A DNA stretch of 37,547 bases from an uncultured Christensenella sp. (GCA_948471335.1 CAOKRZ010000002.1:1-37547), one strand, 5' to 3'; numbered from the stretch's first letter, positions 16,532 to 25,399 are shown. Numbers and translations are program-made. The notes: a model not told the origin generated them from the letters alone.

Positions 16532-17179
16532 ATGAACATAAATAATCCTTTGTATAAGGATCAAGGCATCCATGTGATTGCGTCAATCTTCACGGTTAAG
16601 GATGGCAAGTTTAAAGTGCTTCTCATCAAGCGTGATAACGAGCCGTTTAAAGACAAGTGGAGTTTGGTTGGTGGTGCGTGCTATCGGACAGAAGATGTGC
16701 TTACTGCCATGAAAAGAGAAATCAAAGAAAAAACTGGCATGAAGAACTTGAAACTTTCATTTTTTGATTTGTTTTCAAAGCCAGAACGGTGCGCTCTTAT
16801 GAGAATGCTTGGAGTTGCCTACATCGGAGTCATTGACTGCGACAGAGTGGAGGTGATGAAAAAGACTGCCAAGACAAAGGACGCTGACTGGTTTGAGATT
16901 GACAGAATTCCACCGCTCGCTTATGACCACAACGAAATTTTGGAAGCTGCAATCGAAAAACTTAAATCGCTCATCTTTGATACTGACATTCTTAAGGAGC
17001 TTTTTCCAAAAAACTTCACATTGCCAGAGCTTTACAAAGCTTATTGCGCAATTCTTGGGGAGAACATCGACAGACGAAATTTCCGAAAAAAGCTGCTCAG
17101 CGAAAATTTGATTGAGCCAACCGGTTTTGAGGAAAATGTAACGGGCAAGAAAAAAGCAAAATTTTATAAGTTTGTTTAG
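16532..17179 (+). CDS. nrtR: NrtR-type Nudix-related transcriptional regulator (Nudix domain + C-terminal winged helix)
   Basis: I prefer the ATG at 16532 (AGGAGG 5 nt upstream). The Nudix box at 16673-16741 is G-ACYRT-E-DVLTAMK-REIKEKTGM, with the second Glu of the RE-U-x-EE core replaced by Lys. The C-terminus FTLPELYKAYCAILGENIDRRNFRKKLL...KKAKFYKF matches the NrtR wHTH as I recall it. Confidence 0.7.
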   Translation: MNINNPLYKDQGIHVIASIFTVKDGKFKVLLIKRDNEPFKDKWSLVGGACYRTEDVLTAMKREIKEKTGMKNLKLSFFDLFSKPERCALMRMLGVAYIGVIDCDRVEVMKKTAKTKDADWFEIDRIPPLAYDHNEILEAAIEKLKSLIFDTDILKELFPKNFTLPELYKAYCAILGENIDRRNFRKKLLSENLIEPTGFEENVTGKKKAKFYKFV

Positions 17180-17187
17180 GAGGAAAA

Positions 17188-18201
17188 ATGAAAACTTTTG
17201 TTTTAAATTTATTTGGTGCGCCAGGTTCTGGCAAATCTACTTTTGGTGACTTACTGTTTGGCTTTTTAAAACTCAATGGGGTTACTTGTGAAAAGTTTGA
17301 CGAATTTGCAAAAGCTTATGCTTGGGAGGGAAACTTAACCGCGCTTTCTGATCAACCGTTCCTACTTGGAAATCATTTTCACAGTTTTTTCAGACTTGAC
17401 GGCAAAGTCAACTTGATTATAACTGACAGCCCGCTTCCACTTTCAATTTACTATAACAGAGTCAGCAAAACAACATTTTCAAAATGCTTTGATGAGCTTG
17501 TGCTTGAAGCTTACAATCGTTTTGATAACATCAACTATTATATGGTCAGAAACTTCCCTTATGAGCAAGAAGGAAGATATCAAACAGAGGCAGAGAGCGT
17601 TATGGTTGACAAAGATCTTAGAAAAATTTTGAAGGAATACAACATTGGCTATCGTGAAATTGTCAACACAACAATTGAAAGCACGAAAGCACTTGCAGAA
17701 AAAATCGCGGGCAGGCTTACAAAGTTTTTAAAGCTTTATCAAAATGAAAAACCAGTGAATTGGGAGTTTGAACGGAAGTTTATGCTGAAAGACACAACTC
17801 CGCTTGGTCTTGCAAGGGCAAAACATATTATTCAAAACTATATCGGTCTTGGCCAAAGCGAAAAGAGAGTAAGACAGATTGATGGAAAACAGTTTGTCTT
17901 CACTGATAAAACAGGACACGGCAAAGAAAGAAGAGAATATGAAACTGAAATGGATAGAGCACTTTATCACAACCTTCTTGAAAACTATCAAGAAGGCATG
18001 ACGATCATCAAAAATCGTTATACAATTCCACTTAAAAATGTCAAGACTTGCGACGTCGACGTGTTCTGTTTGCCAAAACCTATGCAAACAGTTGAAGTCG
18101 AATTTGAAAGCAAAGAAGAGATGGAAAACTTCACTCCACCTGAATGGTTCGGCAACGAGATCTTCAATCATTCAAACCACAATCTTGCAATGGGCAAATA
18201 A
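17188..18201 (+). CDS. fusion protein: N-terminal P-loop NTPase/kinase-fold domain + C-terminal CYTH (triphosphate tunnel metalloenzyme) domain
   Basis: 337 aa, with the AGGAGG SD 8 nt after the upstream stop. Walker A is GAPGSGKST (17215-17241) and the Walker-B-like segment is NLIITDSP. The CYTH ExExK signature EFERK is at 17764-17778, followed by QNYIG, RVRQ, REYETE, IIKNRY and VEVEFESKEEMENFTPPEWFGNEI. Confidence 0.75.
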   Translation: MKTFVLNLFGAPGSGKSTFGDLLFGFLKLNGVTCEKFDEFAKAYAWEGNLTALSDQPFLLGNHFHSFFRLDGKVNLIITDSPLPLSIYYNRVSKTTFSKCFDELVLEAYNRFDNINYYMVRNFPYEQEGRYQTEAESVMVDKDLRKILKEYNIGYREIVNTTIESTKALAEKIAGRLTKFLKLYQNEKPVNWEFERKFMLKDTTPLGLARAKHIIQNYIGLGQSEKRVRQIDGKQFVFTDKTGHGKERREYETEMDRALYHNLLENYQEGMTIIKNRYTIPLKNVKTCDVDVFCLPKPMQTVEVEFESKEEMENFTPPEWFGNEIFNHSNHNLAMGK

Positions 18202-18210
18202 GAGAAAACA

Positions 18211-18236
18211 AAAAATAGCGGATGTCCGCTATTTTT
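18211..18236. terminator. bidirectional rho-independent terminator shared by convergent genes
   Basis: AAAAATAGCGG-atgt-CCGCTATTTTT hairpin. It overlaps the TAG stop of the ATPase gene. Confidence 0.7.
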
Positions 18237-20982
18237 CTTTTTTTCTGTTTTTGATTCTAAGCATCCACTTCACAAATTCGAAATATGGGAAGATCAGCAT
18301 TGCTGGAACAATTGCGATCAGCCATTGCCACCAGTTAAGTGAGCAAAGCCCCATCGCATTTTGAATTGGTGTAATCGGAGCAATAACAAGTATCACTGTC
18401 AAGAAAGCCGAGACAAGGAAACTCCAGTTGAGAATTTTGTTGTCAAATGGATTCTTGCTGAAAAGAGATGCTGTATCGCTTTTGAGGTTGAAAGAATGGA
18501 AAAGCTCAACAAAACATAGATACAAGAAGCAAATTGATGAGACTTCAGCTGAACTGAGTTTGAGATAAAGCGTTGTAAAGCAGTAAAGCCCAATCAGGAA
18601 TGCTGATACAAACAGGGCTGAACAGAAAATGTTTATTCCCACATTGCCTTTAAACAGGTTGCCTTTGTTTTTGATCGGCTTCCGTTTCATTATGTCTTTT
18701 TCAGGCTTTTCAAAGCCGAGCGCTAGGGCAACAAAGGTGTCTGAAACAAAGTTTATCCAAAGCAGAAGCGCAGGGCTGAAGAAGTGGGCGTCTCGGAATA
18801 CGAGAAGAATTATAGATAATGTGATAAGCTCTGCAATTGAAGTGCCAAGAAGAAACATGAGGATTTTGAGAATCGTGTTGAAGGTGTGTCTTCCTTCTTT
18901 AACAGCACCAACAATTGTTGCAAAGTTGTCGTCTGTTAAAATCATATCTGCAGCTTCTTTTGTCACGTCTGTTCCAGTTATTCCCATGCCTACGCCAATG
19001 TCTGCAGCTTTGATGCTTGGTGCGTCGTTGACGCCATCGCCTGTCATCGCAACAATTTTGTCGTTTGCTTTCAATGCTTTGACAATTTTGACTTTATGCT
19101 CTGGGCTTACCCTTGCATAAACTTGATATTTGGATACAACCTTGATAAATTCTTCATCCGGGATTTCATTCAGCTCTTTCCCTGTGATAACTTTGCCTGG
19201 GTCAGTGCAAATGCCAAGTTCTTTCGCAATTGCAAAAGCGGTGTCTTTGTGGTCACCAGTGATCATGACCGTTGCAATTCCAGCTTGCTTACAAGTTTTG
19301 ATTGCGCCTTTAACTTCTTCTCTAGGCGGGTCAATCATTCCAACAAGCCCAAGAAAGACAAGATCGTTTTCTGTGTTTTCGCTTGTTGGTCTGCCGATTT
19401 TGTCAACCGTTTTAAATGCAAAAGCAAGGTTTCTGAGCGCTTTTTCTGCAAAAGCTGAGTTTTTGTTTAAAATAAGTTCTCGGTCAGCGTTTGTCATTCG
19501 TCTGATCTTGCCGTCATCAAGAATCTTTGTGCAGCGAGACAAAATGTTGTCCACAGCACCTTTTGTGTAAGCGGTGATTTTTTCGTCAACGTCGTTGAAC
19601 GTCGTCATCAGCTTTCTTTCACTGTCAAAAGGGATTTCATTTTTGCGCTTGAATTTGCCGTCAAGCTTTTCTTTGTTGATTCCGACAAAATATCCATAAT
19701 GCACAAGCGCAATTTCAGTTGGGTCACCAATCGATTCAAGTTTGCCATCTTCAAATTTCGCTTTTGCATCGTTGCATAGAAGCATGCATCTTATAAGTTC
19801 AACAAAATTTCGATCATCGCGAAATCTTTCACATTCCTCTTTTGCTTCTTCAAGCATAAAGCTTTCAGGAGCAAGCATATTGGATGAATTTTTTGCCATG
19901 TATTCACAAAGCTCTGCGTGCATTCCTCCAAGATAATAAATTTCTTTAACGGTCATTTTGTTAAGTGTCAATGTCCCTGTTTTGTCAGAGCATATCACTT
20001 CAGTGCTTCCAAGCGTTTCAACTGAAGGCAGACTTTTGACAATCGCGCGCTGATCACTCATTCTTTTCACACCCATCGACATTGTTACAGTGATGCAAGC
20101 AGGAAGGCCTTCAGGGATTGCGCACACTGCAATTGCGATGGCCATTGAGAAAGAGGTCATAATGTTTCCGCCAGTTAAAATTCCGACAAGGAAAACTGCA
20201 AGACAGACTACGGCTACAACGGCTGTGATGATAATGCTTGTTGACTTGATCCTTTTTGTCAGAGGCGTTTCGGTTGCTTTCATTTCAGTCAAGGCTGAGG
20301 CAATCTTGCCCATCTCAGTGTTCATCCCAGTCGCAACGACAATTCCTATTCCACGGCCATAAGAAACAACGCTTCCCATAAATGCCATGTTGACACGGTC
20401 TCCAAGCAGGGCGTCTTCTTCAAGAATAACAGTTGCATCTTTTTCTATCGCAAGGCTTTCACCGGTAAGCGCGCTTTCTTCAATTTTGAGAGAATTTGTT
20501 TCAATAAGCCTAAGATCAGCAGGGACAATGTCTCCAGCTTCCAAAACCACGATGTCGCCAACAACAAGCTCTTCACTTTTGACCTTGAAAGTCCTTCCTT
20601 GCCTTGTTACGGTGCAATAAGGCTTTGTCATATTCTTAAGCGACTCCATTGCTTTTTCTGAGTTTCGCTCTTGAATGAAACCTATAATAGCGTTGAATAG
20701 AACGACAATTAAAATAATGCCTGCGTCAATGAATTCGTCATAAGAGCCTTCAACTGCGCCCATAACAACGCTGATAACGCTGCTTAGAATGAGAACAATG
20801 ATCAGTATATCTTTAAACTGGCTTAAAAATTTGATAAATCCATTCTTTTTCTTTTTGCCAGCAAGTTCATTTTTGCCATCTTTTGCCAGACGCTTCTTTG
20901 CTTCGGTATAAGAAAGGCCAGAAGTGGAGCTTTCCAATTCTTCAAGTGTTTTTTCATAATCTTGTGAAAAAACCTTTTTCAT
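18229..20982 (-). CDS. P2-type cation-transporting ATPase (SERCA/YloB-like, probably Ca2+)
   Basis: 917 aa. It has the TGES actuator motif (ALTGESLAIEK), the M4 IPEGLP motif, the phosphorylation site CSDKTGTLT, ITGDHKDTA, the hinge MTGDGVNDAPSIKAADIGVGMG, and about 10 TM helices. Confidence 0.93.
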   Translation of the reverse strand: MKKVFSQDYEKTLEELESSTSGLSYTEAKKRLAKDGKNELAGKKKKNGFIKFLSQFKDILIIVLILSSVISVVMGAVEGSYDEFIDAGIILIVVLFNAIIGFIQERNSEKAMESLKNMTKPYCTVTRQGRTFKVKSEELVVGDIVVLEAGDIVPADLRLIETNSLKIEESALTGESLAIEKDATVILEEDALLGDRVNMAFMGSVVSYGRGIGIVVATGMNTEMGKIASALTEMKATETPLTKRIKSTSIIITAVVAVVCLAVFLVGILTGGNIMTSFSMAIAIAVCAIPEGLPACITVTMSMGVKRMSDQRAIVKSLPSVETLGSTEVICSDKTGTLTLNKMTVKEIYYLGGMHAELCEYMAKNSSNMLAPESFMLEEAKEECERFRDDRNFVELIRCMLLCNDAKAKFEDGKLESIGDPTEIALVHYGYFVGINKEKLDGKFKRKNEIPFDSERKLMTTFNDVDEKITAYTKGAVDNILSRCTKILDDGKIRRMTNADRELILNKNSAFAEKALRNLAFAFKTVDKIGRPTSENTENDLVFLGLVGMIDPPREEVKGAIKTCKQAGIATVMITGDHKDTAFAIAKELGICTDPGKVITGKELNEIPDEEFIKVVSKYQVYARVSPEHKVKIVKALKANDKIVAMTGDGVNDAPSIKAADIGVGMGITGTDVTKEAADMILTDDNFATIVGAVKEGRHTFNTILKILMFLLGTSIAELITLSIILLVFRDAHFFSPALLLWINFVSDTFVALALGFEKPEKDIMKRKPIKNKGNLFKGNVGINIFCSALFVSAFLIGLYCFTTLYLKLSSAEVSSICFLYLCFVELFHSFNLKSDTASLFSKNPFDNKILNWSFLVSAFLTVILVIAPITPIQNAMGLCSLNWWQWLIAIVPAMLIFPYFEFVKWMLRIKNRKKEK

Positions 20983-20989
20983 ACGTTTT

Positions 20990-21017
20990 AGTATAACAAA
21001 ATTTGATAAGAAAACAA
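20990..21017 (-). promoter_or_regulatory. candidate extended -10 promoter placed to give a near-leaderless ATPase mRNA
   Basis: The minus strand reads TTGTTT-(16 nt)-TATACT, with TGT immediately 5' of the -10. Only 7 nt (AAAACGT) lie between the -10 and the ATG at 20982, and there is no SD. Confidence 0.35.
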
Positions 21018-21337
21018 ATTATTTTTTATATTTACCAAGAGATTTTATAATTTATAAAATTTTTTATAACTTTCACTAAATCGGCGATTTTACAATTTTC
21101 ATTGTTTTCAATCTCAAAAGCATCGTATTCTTTTGCGGGAACAATTCCTTCAACTTGTTTTTCCGCTTCCAGCAACGCCTGTTATACGATAAGGTTTGTT
21201 AAACTTTTTCCTAAGGTCTCACTTGTTCTTCTATAATTAGACCTATTTTATTAACTTGCTGTCAACAAGTCAACTTATATTGAAGCGCGTGGAATTTTTC
21301 AAGGTGACAAATTTCGTTTTTTCGTTTGCTTTATGAT

Positions 21338-21366
21338 TTGACTTTTGATGACAAATCATATAATAT
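21338..21366 (+). promoter_or_regulatory. promoter of the M60-like protease gene
   Basis: TTGACT (21338-21343) with TATAAT (15-nt spacer) or TAATAT (17-nt spacer). The inverted repeat GATTTG...CAAATC spans the -35 and spacer. SD GAGGAAGG follows. Confidence 0.5.
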
Positions 21367-21387
21367 ATTGCTTGAGGAAGGTTTTTT

Positions 21388-24300
21388 ATGGAATCAAAAA
21401 ACACAAAACAAAGCGCTGTAAAAAATTCTGACACTAAACAAATCAAGAAAAAAGTTGCAGCAAAAAAAGTAAACAAGAAAACAAAAGAAAAGAAACCAAT
21501 GACAAAGGAGAAGAAAGAACGAATCGTTTGTTGGAGCTTGATTGCTGTTCTGTCAATCTCTGCCATTGTAGGGATAGGTCTTGGTTTCAGACCAAGAGGC
21601 ATTGACCCTTACAATTATAACTACTCAAGATTTGATGATGAGGCAAACTTCAAAATTTCAGGGATTGATGACAGTGATTGGAATGGAGTGAAGGCGGAAA
21701 CTATAACTGACGGCTATGAAAAAGGGTCTTCACGTGCGCCTCAAACATCTGAATATGGCAGAACACTCTCTCCAACAGAGATCATCAAGCCGATAAACTA
21801 TACGGCGGATGAGCACGAAAAATATGGCGTGGAAAAATATCCAAGTTATGGATCAAATCTCGGAAACCTTCCAGTAGAAAAATTTAATGGCATCATTCTA
21901 GAATGCCGTGATCTTATTCCATCTCCTACATGGCACTCAAGCAAGACATATGATGCCATTGACTCAGAAGGCTATCTTCTTAAAAACGGAAACCGAATTG
22001 AGTATACATATAATGTTGACTCAAGCGGAAGCGGAGACGGCGAATCTTCTGATAATAATCATGACGGAGACGGAGATGGCGAAGATGTTGGAGCTGGTTC
22101 TGCAACCACATCAATTCAATATCATGAAACTTACCGCATGCTTTATAAACATACAACAGCTGAGACGCTGTATGGCGGTGGGTTTTCTGACAGCGAACCT
22201 CGTATTGTGAAAACAATCTCTTGCGTTGCACGTGGCGGAGCTGGCGCAATTGGCTCTAAACAGATAACTGGTCTTTACGCTCCTGCAGGCGAAGTTATTA
22301 AGTTTGAAATGCCACTCGATCAATGGCTCGCTTCTGGTGGAATGCGTATATATATTGGGCAAAACTATAACCTCGATGGTAATGATGGTGTTTCTTTGGA
22401 GTGGTCAGTTTCAGGCGGAACTGCAAACATAAAGGGCAATGGCTTTACTCGTATGCCAAACATCGTTAGTCAATTTAATTATCCTGCAAACAGCCCAGCG
22501 GTTGAAGTTGGCGAAGATACGGTCACATTCTATGCGGGTTCGTTCTGGGGTGGCCCAATATACATTCGACCAAATGCAAACAACGTTCAGCGTAACATTT
22601 CAGTTACAATCTCAGGCGGCGTGAAATATCAACATTTCATTCTTGGCGCAACAACTGAGGAAGAATACAACTTAAACGCTACATCAACAGCACCTTACTT
22701 TGACCTTGAAATTTACGATTCTGCAATTCGTTTCACAACAGGTAAATGGGGAGCAGAATCACTTTCAAGCATGACTTATGAAAACTGCACAGACGCTGCT
22801 GTTTTGTGGGATAAGATCACACAAGTTTCAAGGCGCGTGGGGCCAAATGGACTTACTTCAAAATTGGCACCAATCAATTTTATAGGTGACTGTTATATCG
22901 CTGCCGGCGCAGCATATGCAAACCCAGGCCGAAATGGCGTTGTTTGCCCTCCAGGGTGGGTGGCAGGTGCGCTTAATTACAACAGCTTTGTAAATGGCGG
23001 TAATTGGGGAAGCATGCACGAATTTAACCACTGCTGGCAAGGATATGGCGTTGCCAACAATGGCGAAGTGACAAACAACGCGGTGACTTTGGTTTCTTAT
23101 TCGCTCTATACCAGAATTTCTCAAAGCAGAACGGCTGTTCCAGGTTGGAGCCCAGGTTGGAACAGATTTACAGATCCATCAAAAGCTTTGGCAGAGTTTT
23201 TGACTCAAAGCAGCACAGGAAACAAGTGCTATGACTTGCCACTTTATGCAACTCTTTTACATAATATTGGACAGGAAAACTATATCACATCGGCTCAAGC
23301 TGGCAGCTATTATGATAACCTTGTCAATGCAACACATTATGATATGACATATTATTTCAAAGATCTTATGCATTTCAATGTTGGAAAAGATTACGCACAC
23401 ACTGGCACGCTTTCAAGCGCCAAAGTGCAAGAGGTGAAATCGAAAAACTATCCAGTTTTCGTTCCAGTATCTTCAGTTTATCAAGTTGGAAGAAGTGTGA
23501 TATATGATAAACAAAAATATTACATCACAACCGCACAGCCATTCTCTTATGGCAGCGGAGTGTTCATCATGGACTTCAATAACCGCAACAACTTCAAAGC
23601 TGGCAACTTTATAAGCAAAGGCTTGGTTATTCCAGATGGATTCACAGCAAGCGTCGTTTCAGTGACTCAGCCAGAAAATGGGAAAGTTGAACTGCTTGAC
23701 AATAATTATGTCAAATACACACCTTCAAACGATAAAGATTCTCTATATTCTGGCAATTTCAGGGTAAAGATAAGATTAATTCACAATAAACGCGAGTTTA
23801 TCGTTGAAGATGTAGATCTTGTCATCAACTTAAAACAATCAGCTGGCACAGATTTAACTAGAACCACCTATATCTACAATGATGCGTCAAAAGTGCCTTC
23901 AACTTCTGAAATCTATAACGCACAAACAAAAACATTTGATTTTGGCGATGTCGCTTCTACAGAATCAAAGGTCAATGTCTGCACGCAAGAAACAAACACT
24001 CAGATTTGGGCGGCGGGCAGAAATTATGATGATGATCATTATGATGCAAACAGCAAAAACTATAGACTTATGCCTGTAAATCAAACACTGCAAACACTCG
24101 ACGGAGTTATGTACTTGTCAAGAGCAGGGACTTATCGCTTCACTTTGAAGGGCAGAGGAAAAGCAACATTATATCTTTCTTATGATGACGGAAACACTTG
24201 GGAAAGCGCTTTCACCTTTAATAGAAAAAGCGGAAACGCGTATAATCCAAATGAATATACCGAGCATGAGTTTACAACGACCAACAACTATATCAAGTTC

Positions 24301-25326
24301 AAAGTTGTTCTTCTTGTCACAGCAGAAAGCGACTTCTTCGGAATTGGCGTTTCTATGAAAAATAATGAGGGCACATTCCCAGCATTTGCAAATGCCAGTG
24401 CGATTTTAAACGCGGACATTCATAAAGCTTTGCTTGAAGAATCAACAAAGAAATTTGAAACCGAATATCTTTATAAAAATGAATATAAGTTTACTTATGC
24501 AAACAACGTGGCATATGATGCGGCAGAGCAGTCACTTGTCAGTGTGAGTCATGCTGCATGGGATGACACTAGACTTATCGACTTCCTTTTTGACGGCAGA
24601 ACAGACACATATTATCACACTGTTGCAGGTCAAGCAAACTATATCACAGAAGAAAAACCTTTGGAACTCGTCGCAAATCTTGGACAGCTTCGCAAAGTGA
24701 ACGCAGTTACTTTCAATTTTTACATAAATAACTTTGGAAACAACGGTATGCCTGTGACTTTCAAACTGTATGGAAGCAAGGATGGGCAAGATTTCTCAAA
24801 TCTGCTTGTAGAAAAGAATGCCATGAAGTATCCAAATAATAAACCATATACCTTTACTTTTGATGAGACTGAAATAATGTATTATAAACTTGTTGTGACT
24901 GACACTGATAATCATAGATATTTCGCAATGGCAAGTATAAACTTTGCGTATAACTTATCTTATCAAAATGGTAAACACATTGCTCCAAATGACTTCAGTG
25001 TAAGATATATTGGCGCATGGGATACAGAAAATGTTCTCTGCAATTTTGGACTTATCTATAAAGCAAACGCAGGGGATTCTGTTGAATTCCACTTCACTGG
25101 CACAAGATTTGCTTATCTTGCTTATCAAGCAGTGGATTATGGAACAGTTGATGTCTATGTCGATGGAAAACTTTTTGAAGCAGATGTATCTCTTTCTGCA
25201 GATAAAAATGTAGGGTCACTTGCATATATGTATCTCGGGGAGGCACTTAAAAACACAGATCACGTTGTGAAAATTGTTGGCAAAACCGGCAAATTCAATG
25301 TTGACTCATTTGTGTACTGGGCATAA
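21388..25326 (+). CDS. membrane-anchored M60-like (enhancin/mucinase-type) zinc metallopeptidase with PA14-like, discoidin/CBM32-like and C-terminal CBM-like modules
   Basis: 1312 aa. A Lys-rich N-terminal tail is followed by a single TM (IVCWSLIAVLSISAIVGIGLGF, about 21523-21588). ITGLYAPAGEVIKFEMP resembles the M60 N-terminal domain. The catalytic motif is HEFNH + GEVTNNA (HEXXH...E). GTYRFTLKGRGKATLYLSYDDGNTW is PA14-like, VTFKLYGSKDGQDFSNL is F5/8-type-C-like, and the final ~115 aa (GDSVEFHFTGTRFAYLAY...VDVYVDGK) look like a CBM. Confidence 0.85.
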   Translation: MESKNTKQSAVKNSDTKQIKKKVAAKKVNKKTKEKKPMTKEKKERIVCWSLIAVLSISAIVGIGLGFRPRGIDPYNYNYSRFDDEANFKISGIDDSDWNGVKAETITDGYEKGSSRAPQTSEYGRTLSPTEIIKPINYTADEHEKYGVEKYPSYGSNLGNLPVEKFNGIILECRDLIPSPTWHSSKTYDAIDSEGYLLKNGNRIEYTYNVDSSGSGDGESSDNNHDGDGDGEDVGAGSATTSIQYHETYRMLYKHTTAETLYGGGFSDSEPRIVKTISCVARGGAGAIGSKQITGLYAPAGEVIKFEMPLDQWLASGGMRIYIGQNYNLDGNDGVSLEWSVSGGTANIKGNGFTRMPNIVSQFNYPANSPAVEVGEDTVTFYAGSFWGGPIYIRPNANNVQRNISVTISGGVKYQHFILGATTEEEYNLNATSTAPYFDLEIYDSAIRFTTGKWGAESLSSMTYENCTDAAVLWDKITQVSRRVGPNGLTSKLAPINFIGDCYIAAGAAYANPGRNGVVCPPGWVAGALNYNSFVNGGNWGSMHEFNHCWQGYGVANNGEVTNNAVTLVSYSLYTRISQSRTAVPGWSPGWNRFTDPSKALAEFLTQSSTGNKCYDLPLYATLLHNIGQENYITSAQAGSYYDNLVNATHYDMTYYFKDLMHFNVGKDYAHTGTLSSAKVQEVKSKNYPVFVPVSSVYQVGRSVIYDKQKYYITTAQPFSYGSGVFIMDFNNRNNFKAGNFISKGLVIPDGFTASVVSVTQPENGKVELLDNNYVKYTPSNDKDSLYSGNFRVKIRLIHNKREFIVEDVDLVINLKQSAGTDLTRTTYIYNDASKVPSTSEIYNAQTKTFDFGDVASTESKVNVCTQETNTQIWAAGRNYDDDHYDANSKNYRLMPVNQTLQTLDGVMYLSRAGTYRFTLKGRGKATLYLSYDDGNTWESAFTFNRKSGNAYNPNEYTEHEFTTTNNYIKFKVVLLVTAESDFFGIGVSMKNNEGTFPAFANASAILNADIHKALLEESTKKFETEYLYKNEYKFTYANNVAYDAAEQSLVSVSHAAWDDTRLIDFLFDGRTDTYYHTVAGQANYITEEKPLELVANLGQLRKVNAVTFNFYINNFGNNGMPVTFKLYGSKDGQDFSNLLVEKNAMKYPNNKPYTFTFDETEIMYYKLVVTDTDNHRYFAMASINFAYNLSYQNGKHIAPNDFSVRYIGAWDTENVLCNFGLIYKANAGDSVEFHFTGTRFAYLAYQAVDYGTVDVYVDGKLFEADVSLSADKNVGSLAYMYLGEALKNTDHVVKIVGKTGKFNVDSFVYWA
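23017..23031 (+). other. HEXXH zinc-binding motif (HEFNH) of the M60-like domain
   Basis: cac gaa ttt aac cac, in frame. A downstream Glu in NGEVTNN lies at the spacing expected for the third ligand. Confidence 0.8.
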
Positions 25327-25332
25327 AAATAT

Positions 25333-25363
25333 AACGAAGCTTAAATTGAAAGCTTCGTTTTTT
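25333..25363 (+). terminator. rho-independent terminator of the M60-like gene
   Basis: AACGAAGCTT-aaattga-AAGCTTCGTT hairpin followed by TTTT. Confidence 0.8.
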
Positions 25364-25366
25364 AAT

Positions 25367-25396
25367 AAAAAAAACCTTGAGTTCTCAAGGTTTTTT
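25367..25396. terminator. second, bidirectional hairpin terminator (serves tRNA-Asn on the minus strand)
   Basis: A-run, CCTTGA-gttc-TCAAGG, T-run. It lies immediately 3' of the tRNA on the minus strand. Confidence 0.7.
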
Positions 25397-25399
25397 GAC

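Noticed and set aside
21032-21181. 49-codon open frame on the minus strand (…ALLEAEKQVEGIVPAKEYDAFEIENNENCKIADLVKVIKNFINYKISW) in the ATPase/M60 intergenic region. It is reminiscent of the C-terminal end of small antitoxin-like proteins.
   Set aside because: It has no ATG or SD and is bounded upstream by an in-frame TAA, with stops in all frames beyond it. At best it is a decayed gene fragment, and I cannot support a call.
21270-21602. Minus-strand 110-aa ORF overlapping the start of the M60-like gene.
   Set aside because: It is antisense to the Lys-rich/TM coding region and the promoter of a well-supported gene. Its hydrophobic, Phe-rich product is an artefact of the complementary poly-Lys codons.
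22030-22095. GGA/GAC/GGC-rich DNA repeat (encoding GSGDGESSDNNHDGDGDGED) inside the M60 gene; considered as a hypervariable or slippage cassette.
   Set aside because: It is short and imperfect, and is in frame with a plausible acidic inter-domain linker. There is no evidence of a longer tandem array or of a DGR template or reverse transcriptase anywhere in the window.
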